DNA of 64,000 nucleotides from Trueperaceae bacterium (GCA_965213705.1 OZ243913.1:2400001-2464000); one strand, 5' to 3'; numbered from the stretch's first letter, positions 16,804-27,926 are shown. Numbers and translations are program-made. Notes: generated from the letters alone by a model not told the origin.

Positions 16804-18899
16804 TCAGTCGAACAGGCTGTCCTGGACGACGTCCTCACCGGCTCCATCTTCGCCGGTCTCGCCGGTGAGCGTTTCGCCGTCCTGCGCCGCAAGCGGGTCA
16901 ACCCGGACCACGCGGCCGGGAAACAGTTGTTTGAGTTGGTCGAACAGCGGCCTTTCTTTGTCGACGCTGTTGTCGAGTGGCGGGGGGGGCGCCGGACGTG
17001 CGGGTCGCGACGGCGGTTCGTCGTGGGGCGTGGGTTCGTCCCAAAAGTCGGGCGGCAATTCTTCGCTCACAAAGTCGCTGGGAACCGGGCCGGCGAAGTC
17101 TTCGCTCGGCAAGTCGGGCGGTGCGACGCCGACTTCTCGAACGGGCGGGGGAGACTCGAGGACGATTTTGGCACCGGCTTCAAGCTCGAGGCCCTCTTCG
17201 CCTTCGGGGTCAACCTCGCGGACGACGTTGACGGACTTTGGCGCGGTCTCGAGAACCACCTGGACGGGCTCGGGCTCTGGGCCTGGCTCAGGCTGGGCTC
17301 GTGGCGCTGCTCGGGCGGGCGTGTCCAGCGGAGTGGGCGCGTCGCCCCACTCCGCTAAAACTTTTTTCTGGCGGTGTCCCCCGGACCTTCCAAAACGAGT
17401 TCGAAGCCGCCGCCGAACAAGCTGACGATGAGCTTGGCGAGTTCGTCCTGGCGTTTTTTGAGTTCAACGAAGTGAAACTTGTAGCGGTCCCCGAACCTCA
17501 AGGTGATGGTCGAGCCTTCGATAAAATCTTCTGCGGGGTTCAAAAACGCCTTGAGCTGCGCGCTCGCTTCGGTCTTGACCTTGTGCCAACTGATAGCGGG
17601 GCGGTTGGCTTCGGGCGTTGTCGCAGCCGCGGGGGGAGATTGTCCACCACTCGCCAGGACCGGCTTGGGTGCGTCGCTAGGTTTGGCTAAACTGCTCGGT
17701 TTAGCTGCGCCGTTCGGTTTGGAGGCGTGCGGGTCGAAGTCGGGGAGGACGTCTTTGGCTTGGACGGGCGCGCTTTGCGCCGGTGCTTGACGAGTTGCGG
17801 GGCTCGAGGCCGCCGTGACGCCTGCAACCGACAGTGCGACCGCCTCGCTCGGCACGTTGTGGCTGAGCGCGTTCAGGGTTTTGATGAGAGCGACTTCCAA
17901 CGCGAACAGGTCGTCGCGCCGCGCGAAGCGTTCCGCCTCGTCGTCGAGCGCGTGAATCATGCGCAGCAAGTCGTTTTGAGGCAAGGAAAGCTGGAACGCG
18001 CCCTTTTGACCCATCACCGCGGCGTAGAGCGCGTCGCGGAGCGTCGTCGTGAGGTGCGTCGCCAGGCTGCTCGGCGCGAAACCGTCCTGATAGAGCGCGT
18101 CGGCCAGGGCGAACACCTCGCTCAGCTCGCCCGCCGCGAGGGCGCTCGCCAGCGCTTCCATCCGGTCTTGGGGCGGCAGCCCGAGCGCGTCCTCGACGCC
18201 TTGCCGAGTGATGGCCTCGCCCGAGGTCAACAAGCGCTCCAACAGCGACTCCGCGTCGCGCATCGCGCCGTCGGCGGTGCGCGCGACGAGCGCCAGCGCG
18301 GCACTTTCGGCCTCGACCCCGCGCTCTCGGCACAACCGGGCCATTTTGCTCGCAATTTCGTCCTCGGACAAGCGGCGAAACCGGAAGTGCTGACAGCGCG
18401 ACAATACCGTGGGCGGCAGCTTTTCGGGCTCGGTCGTGGCGAGGATGAAAACGAGGTTCTCGGGTGGCTCCTCCAAAGTTTTCAGCAGGGCGTTCGACGC
18501 CGCGCGCGAAAGCATGTGCGCTTCGTCCAGCACCCACACCCGCTTGCCGCCGCGCATGGCGGCGAGCCGCACTTTTTCGCGCAAGTCGCGTACGTCCTCG
18601 ACCGAGTTGTTGCTCGCCGCGTCGAGTTCGATGACGTCCGGGTGGTGGTTGCGCCGGACCAGTTGGCAAGACTCGCAGACGCCGCAGGGCCGCAGCGCGG
18701 GGTCGGGCGCTTCACAGTTCACCGCCATCGCCAGCAGGCGCGCGGTCGTCGTCTTGCCGACCCCCCTCGGCCCCGAAAACAAGTAAGCGTGCCCGATGCG
18801 CTCCCGGCGCAGGGCGGCCGTCAACACGTCCTTGACGTGTCCTTGCCCCACGACCTGCTCGAACGTGAACGGTCGCGCTTGTTGGTAGATAGCTGCCAT
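16804..18899 (-). CDS. dnaX: DNA polymerase III subunit gamma/tau (514-aa zero-frame product; about 698-aa product via -1 frameshift at 17361-17367)
   Basis: GPRGVGKTT, DAASN, DEAHML and SRC motifs. Zero frame stops at 17355; the -1 frame stays open to 16804. Confidence 0.92.
17327..17382 (-). promoter_or_regulatory. Programmed -1 ribosomal frameshift signal in dnaX
   Basis: GGGGG, 10 nt, A_AAA_AAG, short spacer, then 11-bp stem AGCGGAGTGGG/CCCACTCCGCT. Confidence 0.85.
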
Positions 18900-19071
18900 C
18901 GCCCTTTATGGTAGCACCCCGGACGCGTGGTTTCGGCACGCGTGAGTCGAGCACCCCTCCTCGCGTTTTGCGAAACGAGCCGGGGAGGCTGTGACGTTTT
19001 CAGGTCTGGATTTCTCTGGTTGAGACTACCCAAACCCTTCTCGCATCTGCTAAACTGTTATCGGTTGGCGC

Positions 19072-19149
19072 GGTGGCTGTAGCTCAGTAGGTTAGAGCAT
19101 CTGATTGTGGTTCAGAGGGTCGTGGGTTCAAATCCCATCAGCCACCCCA
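19072..19149 (+). tRNA. tRNA-His (GUG)
   Basis: Cloverleaf, encoded G-1, anticodon loop TTGTGGT, GGTTCAAAT and CCA end. Confidence 0.95.
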
Positions 19150-19265
19150 ACTTTTTAGAACGGCATTTGCAAGATTCTTTAGAGGTCGCATCTGTAACTG
19201 GCAATTACTGATTTCAACGCTACGTAGATTTCAAAAGCTGAGTCAGAGATGATACCTCTAAGTTT

Positions 19266-19350
19266 GCGAGGGTGGCGGAATTGGTAGACGCGCTAGACTT
19301 AGGATCTAGTACCGCAAGGTGTGTGGGTTCAAGTCCCATCTCTCGCACCA
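19266..19350 (+). tRNA. tRNA-Leu (UAG)
   Basis: Anticodon arm CTAGA-CTTAGGA-TCTAG, long variable arm and CCA end. Confidence 0.95.
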
Positions 19351-19351
19351 G

Positions 19352-19398
19352 AACAGCACGAGGCCGGGTCGCTAGCGACCCGGCCTCGTGCTGTTTTT
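19352..19398 (+). terminator. Long palindromic terminator between tRNA-Leu and gap (probably bidirectional)
   Basis: AACAGCACGAGGCCGGGTCGC-TA-GCGACCCGGCCTCGTGCTGTT followed by TTT. Confidence 0.8.
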
Positions 19399-19444
19399 GT
19401 TAGAACAGCGGTTGTCTACGCGTTAGAACCGTTTTTGAAGTGCG

Positions 19445-20518
<1,074 letters not shown>

Positions 20519-20676
20519 TTACGTCCCGACAATCGCATCAACCGAGGGTGCGACGGGGCTCGAGCTTTCCGGTTTTGAAACGGTGCAGGCAGCTTCGGGC
20601 ACGATTGACACGGTTGCGTTTGTGAGTAAACTGACTCAGGGACTAAAGTTGAGAGCCCTTCCCGTGAGGAGCACCT

Positions 20677-21372
20677 ATGTTTAAGATGCTTGTTGTAGCA
20701 GGGTTGGCGCTTAGCGCGCTCGGCACGGCGCAAAGCGAAACGCGCACCCTCTCCGGTATACTTCAGAACTGGAACCTCGGTGCGGCGACGATTGAGACTG
20801 TTGCGGCTTACAACCTAACTGGCGATGCACCCTTTACCCTCGCCACGGGAGAGGTAGCCGAAGACGGCAGTTTCACGCTCGAGCTGCCCGCCGAAGTGCC
20901 TCAGGACTTTCTTTATGAGGGAAGTTTCGACTGTCCGTCAGGGGGCCTGACTGTCACCCCTGCAACCGTTCAGATGTTTAGTATCGACACCTTGAACCTT
21001 TTACAAAGCGGTGAGAAAGTCGGCACGGCCAGCCTCGCTTCGTCACAGTCTGTTGCGGACCTTTACACTTCGGAAAAGACCGGTTCCGAACCTACCGGCA
21101 GCGTTGCCGAGGGTGATTCCTTGCTTATCCCTTCCTACTTCTCTGCCGCTCTTTCCGCCCAGGGGAGTTGTCTTGATGAGTCTGCGACGCCTTCGAGAAC
21201 TGACACGGATATAGAGGCGCAGCCTGGTTGGACCTACGTGATTGCTACCGTCACCACCGTATCTCCCGAGGGCGTAGCCACGGGAGTCAAGCATAGGACG
21301 GTCGTTGAAGTGCCTGACAGTTTGAACTGGTACTTCGTGCGGGCTTCCGACGAGCCCGGAGGGTCGAACTAG
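20677..21372 (+). CDS. Hypothetical secreted protein
   Basis: GAGGAG RBS, signal peptide, beta-rich with two Cys; no family recognised. Confidence 0.7.
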   Translation: MFKMLVVAGLALSALGTAQSETRTLSGILQNWNLGAATIETVAAYNLTGDAPFTLATGEVAEDGSFTLELPAEVPQDFLYEGSFDCPSGGLTVTPATVQMFSIDTLNLLQSGEKVGTASLASSQSVADLYTSEKTGSEPTGSVAEGDSLLIPSYFSAALSAQGSCLDESATPSRTDTDIEAQPGWTYVIATVTTVSPEGVATGVKHRTVVEVPDSLNWYFVRASDEPGGSN

Positions 21373-21474
21373 CCTTTGCCGGTCTCGCCCAAAGCGTCGA
21401 AGGAGCTAAAGTTTATGACAGTGGGGGTTTCGCGCCGCGGCTGCACGTTTTGGCACTGTGTCGGCTCGAGCCCG

Positions 21475-22656
21475 TCACGTCTCCTCGTCCAGAAACAGCA
21501 CGCCCCGCACCAGGTCGCGGCTGTCCGCCCGGCCGCCGAGCGAGCCCGCCAGGGTGCCGAGCGCGGCCACGAACAAGCTCAGCTTGACGTGGTCGAGCGT
21601 GCGCACCGCCGGGTCCACGGTCGGCCAGGTTTCCATCAGTTTGCGCGGAAAAATCGTGACGATTCCCAGGTAGGCGAGCGCCACAAAGGCGCTGAACACG
21701 AACAGCATCGTCAAAAAAAGGCTGAGGAGCGTCGCGGCCCCCGTGACCACGCTCGACTCGGCCACGAGCCGGTCCCGGCGCAGCACCGCGCCGAGCGCAA
21801 AGGCGCGGTACAGGACGAACGTCGCCACGGCGACAGAGGCGAGCGAAAACAAGGCGAGTTGGTACAGCTCGACGGTGCTCGCCACGTCCCACATTTCCGG
21901 GCTGAAAAAGACCACGATGATGACCGACAGCGCGGCCGTGATAAGCGTCGGCAGGCGCGTCGCCAAACGCAGCGGGTTGGCCCTGAGCACGGCGCGGCCG
22001 ATGCTGCGCCAGTCCCTGAAAAGCATTTTTAGGGCGAAGCCCCAGCGGTTGCCCCGGCTGGTGCGCTCGTGCGCCTCACGCGGCAGGGCGCGGCGCATGT
22101 GCTCGTGTTGCGCGGGCGTCAGCGTCGCCATTGCGCCCAAGTCCTCGACGTTTTTAAAGGCGTACATCGTGTTGTCCGGGTCGTTCGAGTGCGGCAGGTT
22201 GAGCAGGTGGCCGAAGGTGTGCAGCATCAGGTGACTCAAGCGCCGCACGCTGAGCGTCTCGTCCGTTTCTTCGCCCCAAAAAGCGGCCTCGAGCCGCTTC
22301 GTCGACACCACGCCGATGTTGGTGAGTTGGCTCGGCAGGGCGAGGGTATAAGAAAGCGTGGTGGCGGCCAAGTCCACTTCGGTGACGATGAGGAGGAAGT
22401 CGACGTCGCGCTCCAACTTCTCGGTCATGCCGACGTGCAAAAAGTCGAGCGGCGCGTAAGCCCCGGCCGCCGGGACGAGGTGCGGCCCGTCAAACCTCAG
22501 CAAGTCCACGCGCAGACCCGTCTCGCTCGCCAGCGCCTCGTCGAAGGCCTGAACCGCCGCGTTCGCCTGGCGCTCGAACCGTTCGGAATGTTTGCCCTCG
22601 ACGTCCATCGTCATCACCCCGACGGTGTACTCGCGGCTCGAGCCGGGTTCAGACAC
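21475..22656 (-). CDS. Membrane protein with N-terminal degenerate zincin-like domain
   Basis: HTFGHLLNLPH...NTMY (metzincin-like, catalytic Glu absent) followed by about four TM helices; GAGGAG RBS. Confidence 0.65.
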   Translation of the reverse strand: MSEPGSSREYTVGVMTMDVEGKHSERFERQANAAVQAFDEALASETGLRVDLLRFDGPHLVPAAGAYAPLDFLHVGMTEKLERDVDFLLIVTEVDLAATTLSYTLALPSQLTNIGVVSTKRLEAAFWGEETDETLSVRRLSHLMLHTFGHLLNLPHSNDPDNTMYAFKNVEDLGAMATLTPAQHEHMRRALPREAHERTSRGNRWGFALKMLFRDWRSIGRAVLRANPLRLATRLPTLITAALSVIIVVFFSPEMWDVASTVELYQLALFSLASVAVATFVLYRAFALGAVLRRDRLVAESSVVTGAATLLSLFLTMLFVFSAFVALAYLGIVTIFPRKLMETWPTVDPAVRTLDHVKLSLFVAALGTLAGSLGGRADSRDLVRGVLFLDEET

Positions 22657-22731
22657 GGCGCTCCTCAGACACGGCAGTTCTCAAACGCGGTAGCTCTCGA
22701 ACACGGTAGCTCTTGAACGCGGTAACTCTCA
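22652..22731. repeat. Five imperfect 16-bp tandem repeats
   Basis: GACACGGCGCTCCTCA GACACGGCAGTTCTCA AACGCGGTAGCTCTCG AACACGGTAGCTCTTG AACGCGGTAACTCTCA. Confidence 0.8.
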
Positions 22732-22999
22732 AAGTATGTTGGCTCACCGGCTCGAGTATACGCCGGTCGACGTGTCGGTGCCGGACAAAGCTCGACGCTC
22801 GAGGTCGCATCGCTATTGCTCGCAACGACAACTCGTAAAGACAAACCGTCATGCACAGCTCGATGACCTCAGTTTTGTGACGCGCAAAAGGTGGCCGGAA
22901 AGGGGAGACGCCGCCCGTTCGCCTCGCCTCAGTCAGGCAAAGAAATCGTAAGCCGCCGCGGCGCTACACGCTGGACGACCGACCCCGGTAGGATGGGGT

Positions 23000-25951
23000 A
23001 TGGCCGTGCGTCTTCACTTGTTCGGGCCGCCTCACGCCGACCTGGACGGGGTGCGGCTCGAGCTTAGCCCGCACAAGCCCGCTTACTTGTTGCTGCACCT
23101 GGCCTGTCGCCGCGAGTGGGTGGGGCGCGAGCAGTTGGCCGGGCTGTTCCGGCCCGAAGCCCCTGACGCGACCGCCCGCCACACGGTGCGCCTGCTGCTG
23201 TCCCGCGCCCGCAAGTTGCCGTGGGCGCAGGGGCTCGAGGCCGAAGCGCAGCGGCTGCGCTGGCGGGTCGACAGCGACCTGCACGATTTCCGCGCGGCGG
23301 TGGGCCGGGGCGACTGGGCGGCGGCGACTGCGGTTTACGCGGGGCCGCTGCTGAACGGCTTGCCGAGTTTGAACCTGCCGGCCTACGACGCGTGGCTGGA
23401 CGTGGAGCGCGAACACCTGCACACGGCCTGGCGTCACGCCGCGCTCCGGCACAGCGAGGTTTTGGCGGGTGAAAAAGCGTTTGCGGAGGCCGCCGCGCTG
23501 CTGCGCCGGCTGCTCCACGACGACCCGCTGGCTGAAGACGTGCTGCAGCGCTACCTGCGGGCCGCTTACTTAGCGGGTCAGCGCCGCGACGCGCTGGCCG
23601 CCTACCGCAGTTTTGCCGAGGCGCTCGAGCTTGAGTTGGGCCTCGCGCCCCTCGAAACGACCCGGCAGCTTGTCGACGCCGTCCGCGCGTCGGCCCCGCT
23701 CGCCCCGGTCGACGTGGCCCCGGCCAAGCCGAGCCTGCCCTTGAACGTCCAGCGTCCGCCCCGACTCGTCGGGCGCAGCGCCGAGCGGGCGGCCCTCGCG
23801 CGCAGCGCCGCAGCCGCCGTGCTGGTCGCGGGTGAACCCGGCGTCGGCAAGACGCGGCTTTTGAGCGAGCACCACCCGCAGGCGCTCCGGCTCGCCTGCC
23901 GCGAGGGGGTGCAGCACGTGCCCTACTTCCCCATCGTCCAAACCGTCCGCGAGCTGTGGCCCGACTTGCCCGACTTGGGCGCGTACCGCCGGGACCTGGC
24001 GCGGCTCCTCCCCGAACTCGGTGAGCCCGCGCCGCCCGGCGACCCGCAGACCGCCAGGGCGAGGCTGTTGGAAGCCCTCGCCGCGGCGCTCGAGGCTCCC
24101 CAAAAAGCCCTCCTGTTCGACGACCTGCAGTGGGCCGACGCGGGCACGCTCGACGTTTTCGCGCTGCTGGCGGCGCGGCGCAAGGTGCCTTTGACGGGGG
24201 CGTACCGCAGCGGCGAGGTGACGCCGCAGTTGGAGCGCACCGTGGCGGCCCTGCGCTCGAGCGGTTGGCTCGAGGTCGTCGATGTAAAGCCCCTGGCGCG
24301 CGCCGAGGTGCGGGCGCTGCTCGCCGACCTGACCGGTAGCGAGGCCGGCCCGCCGCAGTTCAGCGGTTGGCTTTTCGACCGCAGCGGCGGCAACCCCTTT
24401 TTCGCGCTGGAAACGCTTAAAGCGCTGTTCGAAGCGGGCCGCTTGCGCGCGGATGAGGCGGGCTGGCACAGCGACCTGGACGCGCTGACCGAGGCCTACG
24501 CCGAACTTACGGTGCCCCCGTTGGTTCTCGACGTGGTGCGCCGCCGGGTTCGGGGGCTCTCGGGCGGGGCGCGGCGCGTGCTCGAGGCCGCCAGCGTGCT
24601 GCGCAGCGACTTTACGCCGCAGCGCCTGGGTCCCCTGACCGGCCTGTCCGAGTGGGCTTTACTCGACGCGCTCGCCGAAGCGGAAGTGGGCGGGCTCGTG
24701 GCCGGCGCGACTTTCCAGCACGACCTGTTGCGCCAGGCGGTCTACAGCGGGTTGCCCGCGGTGCGTCGCCGCTTCTTGCACGGCAAGGTCGCCGCGCTGC
24801 TCGCCGCCGACGGGGCGGCCGAGCCGCTCGTGGTCGCCGAACACTGGGCGGAGGCCGGTGACTCGGCACGCGCCGCCGCCCTCTGGTTCGAAACCGCCAG
24901 CAACCGCTTCGACCGGCAGCCCGGCTTCGCCGGGGAAGCGCTTCTCCTGTACGAGCGCGTTGTCGCGCTCGGCACAAGCACGGTGTACCACGACCGGGCG
25001 CAGGCCTACCTGGCCGGGCAGTACCGCTCCGCGGACCGCGGCGACGAAGCGAGAACGCTGCTGCAAGAGGTGCTGCAACGCTCCCGCGACCCGCTGGCCC
25101 TGGCCTTCGCGCTCGTGCAGCAGGCCATGTTTTTGTACCTGGACGGCGACTTGACCCGAGCCGGCGAAGCTGCCGAGGCGGCCGCCGCGTACGCCGAGCA
25201 AACCGGCGAACGCTCGCTCGTGCGCGACGCGTTGCAGGCGCGGTCGTTTTTGGCGCACATGCGCGGCGAGTACCTCGTCTCCCTGGCGCTGGTCGAGCCG
25301 GTCGTCGCCGAGATGCGCCGCGCCCCGCCGACCTTCGGCTTTGCCAACTGGCTGAGCCGCTTGGCCGCCGACTACTGCGCCCTGGGGCGCTTCGAAGAGG
25401 CGCTGGCGTGCTACACCGAGCAGCTTGTGGTGGCGCGACGCTTGAAGCTGCCGTCGCAGCAGGTGATGGCGAGCAGCGACATCATCGCCACGCTTTACGA
25501 CCTGGGACGTGTCGAGGAGGGCGTCGCCTTAGCCGAAGAAGCGCTCACGCTGGGCCACTACGAGTCGACCTACCCGTTGTGCTACCACCTGGCGCTGGCC
25601 TACTTCGGGCAGGGCCGCCGCGAAGACGCGCTCGAGCAAGCGCACTTCGTCGCCCGCGAGGCGTCGTCGGTCAACCTGCGCGCCCACGCCTACGCGCTCC
25701 TCGCCGAACTGCACCACCCCACCGAGCTTGAACAAAGCCGCCGCGCCCTCGCCGACGGGCTCGCCCTGACCGCCGACAGCGACGTGTCGACCGCCCACGC
25801 AATCATCGTCGTCGCGGCGCTCAAGTTCGGCAGCGAGGCGCAGCTCGAGCTGGTCAAACCGCGCCTCGAGACCCTGTCGGCGGACGCGCTACCGGCCTAC
25901 CTGCAAGCCGACTTTCGCGCCGCCCTGGCCCTGGGCCGCCACCTGGACTGA
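23000..25951 (+). CDS. SARP/BTAD-STAND (AAA ATPase, TPR-like) transcriptional regulator
   Basis: N-terminal wHTH plus BTAD (Y.GPLL, DPLAE), GEPGVGKT Walker A, DDLQWAD, GGNPFF and helical C-terminus. Confidence 0.88.
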   Translation: MAVRLHLFGPPHADLDGVRLELSPHKPAYLLLHLACRREWVGREQLAGLFRPEAPDATARHTVRLLLSRARKLPWAQGLEAEAQRLRWRVDSDLHDFRAAVGRGDWAAATAVYAGPLLNGLPSLNLPAYDAWLDVEREHLHTAWRHAALRHSEVLAGEKAFAEAAALLRRLLHDDPLAEDVLQRYLRAAYLAGQRRDALAAYRSFAEALELELGLAPLETTRQLVDAVRASAPLAPVDVAPAKPSLPLNVQRPPRLVGRSAERAALARSAAAAVLVAGEPGVGKTRLLSEHHPQALRLACREGVQHVPYFPIVQTVRELWPDLPDLGAYRRDLARLLPELGEPAPPGDPQTARARLLEALAAALEAPQKALLFDDLQWADAGTLDVFALLAARRKVPLTGAYRSGEVTPQLERTVAALRSSGWLEVVDVKPLARAEVRALLADLTGSEAGPPQFSGWLFDRSGGNPFFALETLKALFEAGRLRADEAGWHSDLDALTEAYAELTVPPLVLDVVRRRVRGLSGGARRVLEAASVLRSDFTPQRLGPLTGLSEWALLDALAEAEVGGLVAGATFQHDLLRQAVYSGLPAVRRRFLHGKVAALLAADGAAEPLVVAEHWAEAGDSARAAALWFETASNRFDRQPGFAGEALLLYERVVALGTSTVYHDRAQAYLAGQYRSADRGDEARTLLQEVLQRSRDPLALAFALVQQAMFLYLDGDLTRAGEAAEAAAAYAEQTGERSLVRDALQARSFLAHMRGEYLVSLALVEPVVAEMRRAPPTFGFANWLSRLAADYCALGRFEEALACYTEQLVVARRLKLPSQQVMASSDIIATLYDLGRVEEGVALAEEALTLGHYESTYPLCYHLALAYFGQGRREDALEQAHFVAREASSVNLRAHAYALLAELHHPTELEQSRRALADGLALTADSDVSTAHAIIVVAALKFGSEAQLELVKPRLETLSADALPAYLQADFRAALALGRHLD

Positions 25952-26127
25952 CACCTAACCCGGAACTGCTCTTGACCGTGCCCCTTTGTATGAGGGGCAG
26001 CCCCTCGGACCGGGGATGTTGAACAAAGACTCATCGAGAACATGTCAATGAGTTGCGAGACCTCTACAACCAGCCAAACCCTTTTCACTTCGTAACAACC
26101 GCCGTAAGCCGCGCCCGCACAACCTGC

Positions 26128-26160
26128 TGATACGCCGGTGATACGCCTCTTTGTCATGCT
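26128..26160 (+). promoter_or_regulatory. Candidate SARP-type operator with -10 box
   Basis: TGATACGCC at 26128 and 26139 (11-bp period), then TGtCATGCT 6 nt before GTG 26167. Confidence 0.5.
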
Positions 26161-26166
26161 TGGCGA

Positions 26167-26343
26167 GTGAAGCGTTTCGTCAAGGCTGCTTTCGTGCTCA
26201 AGGTCGAACGGTGTGAGCCGCGCTACGAGCAAGCTTGGCACCTCGTCGTCCAGGACTTGAAAACGGGGCAGAAGCTCGAGTTCTCCTCCTGGGAGGGGCT
26301 CGAGCGCTTTGTCGAAACAACTTTAAAGGGAGGTCTGCGCTAG
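26167..26343 (+). CDS. Small 58-aa protein, below the ORF-track cutoff
   Basis: Hand translation MKRFVKAAFVLKVERCEPRYEQAWHLVVQDLKTGQKLEFSSWEGLERFVETTLKGGLR; stop overlaps the next start (TAGTG). Confidence 0.7.
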   Translation: MKRFVKAAFVLKVERCEPRYEQAWHLVVQDLKTGQKLEFSSWEGLERFVETTLKGGLR

Positions 26344-27926
26344 TGAAAAACAAGGGGAAACGAACAATTCACCTACGGTACGGCTGGGGTGTCGCCGCCT
26401 GCGCCCTCGTTCTGCTGGCGGGCTGCGGGGGCTCCACCGTCACCCCTCCGCCCGGCAACGGCGGTGACGCCCCAAGCGTCAGCGGCACCGTGACCGCGCC
26501 CCAGGGCGGCAGCGTGCAGGGCACCGTTGTAGAAGCGTGTTACGTCGTGAACGACCAGTGCGCCGAAGGTTCACCCAACACGGTGCGGCTGACCATCGCC
26601 CAAACGGGCGGCAGCGCTCCCTACCGTTTTTCGGGTTTGGCAGCGGGGCGGTACGCCGTCTTCGCCGGCAAAGACGTGGACGGCAACGGCAGCTTCGGTG
26701 ACGAAGGCGACTACGCAGGCTGCTACGGAGACGAGGGTGGGTGTTTGGCCGTGACCCCGCCGCAAACCGGGCTGAACGTGCAGCTCGAGGTCGTCGGCAA
26801 TGATGGTGGAGGCGGGGACACCGGGCGGTGCGCCGTCGAACTGAGCGGCGACCTGACCGTCTCGAGCCGCTTCGTCAACTCCCCGTCCGAGTGTGACTAT
26901 CTAGTAACGGGTTTCGTCTCCGTCGAAAACGGGCAATTCACTATCGAGCCGGGCACCGTCTTCAGGTTCGCGCAAGACGCCATTTTACGCGTCGGCGACA
27001 ACGCCGGCTTGGACGCGGTCGGCACCGCCGCCGCGCCGATTCGCTTTGAGGCGGCGGCTCCGGTCAAGGGCTACGGCAAAGGCCTCAACATCAGCCCGGA
27101 AAGCTTGGTGACGAGGCTCGAGCACGTCCAGTTTCTCAACCTCGGCAAAGACGACACCGGACCTTTCGGAGGGCTGCAAGACGGCGCGATTGACGGCCTC
27201 GGCGGCGGCGGCCTCGTCATGAAAAACGTGACCGTCAGCGGCAGCGTCTACGACGGCGCAACCTTGAGGAACCTGCCCCTGTTGGAGTTCGAGAACAACA
27301 CCTTCACCGACAACGCCCGCTATCCGGTGCTGGTGGTTGCCGACCAGGTGAAGCTGCTCGACGCGGGCAGCGATTACCTGGGCGTGGGTGCGCCCAACGG
27401 CAGGCCGTACGTCGATGTGGACGGGGTCGTGACCGACGGCGTGAGCGAGAGTGCTACCTGGCAGAAGCTCAACGCGCCCTACTACGTCGCCATCGCCCTC
27501 TACATCAACAACGGTACCTTAACGCTCGAGCCCGGCGTGGTGTTCGTTTTCGGGGACGACGCGGGCGTCCTTGTGGAGGATACAGGCGCGCTCAAAGCGG
27601 TCGGCACCCCTCAGGCCCCCATCCTTTTTACCGGCGAGCAAAACGCGCAGGGTTACTGGGAAGGCATCAGCTATTTTGAGAGCGGTTCACGCGACAACGT
27701 GCTCGAGTATGTGGAGGTGCGCGACGGCGGCTCGGGCAGCTACAAAGACGGCGCGGTAAGTCTTGTCAGCGCGTTCGAGCAGAGTTACGCTCGGGTCGGC
27801 AACAGCGTGATTACGGGCAGCGGCACCTGGGGCATCTGCGCGGACGACGGGTCGGCGCTCGACCTTGGTCCCGGCAACACCTTCCGCGACAACGCGTACG
27901 GCGACGTAAACGAGACCTGCGACTGA
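26343..27926 (+). CDS. Lipoprotein with beta-sandwich N-domain and beta-helix-like repeats
   Basis: Lipobox LAGC; two T(I/L)EPG.VF.F...L.AVGT..API.F units; RBS GGAGG. Confidence 0.75.
   Translation: MKNKGKRTIHLRYGWGVAACALVLLAGCGGSTVTPPPGNGGDAPSVSGTVTAPQGGSVQGTVVEACYVVNDQCAEGSPNTVRLTIAQTGGSAPYRFSGLAAGRYAVFAGKDVDGNGSFGDEGDYAGCYGDEGGCLAVTPPQTGLNVQLEVVGNDGGGGDTGRCAVELSGDLTVSSRFVNSPSECDYLVTGFVSVENGQFTIEPGTVFRFAQDAILRVGDNAGLDAVGTAAAPIRFEAAAPVKGYGKGLNISPESLVTRLEHVQFLNLGKDDTGPFGGLQDGAIDGLGGGGLVMKNVTVSGSVYDGATLRNLPLLEFENNTFTDNARYPVLVVADQVKLLDAGSDYLGVGAPNGRPYVDVDGVVTDGVSESATWQKLNAPYYVAIALYINNGTLTLEPGVVFVFGDDAGVLVEDTGALKAVGTPQAPILFTGEQNAQGYWEGISYFESGSRDNVLEYVEVRDGGSGSYKDGAVSLVSAFEQSYARVGNSVITGSGTWGICADDGSALDLGPGNTFRDNAYGDVNETCD

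Noticed and set aside
16804..17259. Independent 151-aa hypothetical gene
   Set aside because: No RBS or -10 box, and the frame is open back to the dnaX slippery site, so it is better read as the tau C-terminus.
17361..17367. Thermus-type transcriptional slippage in dnaX
   Set aside because: The A run is only 6 nt, and the SD-like element plus hairpin fit ribosomal frameshifting better.
22652..22731. CRISPR array
   Set aside because: Units are contiguous degenerate 16-mers with no unique spacers, and there are no cas genes in the window.
22830..22910. c-di-GMP-I riboswitch upstream of the STAND regulator
   Set aside because: Only a loose resemblance (GACAAACC, GACGCGCAAA); the GNRA-capped P2 and P1 pairing could not be built.
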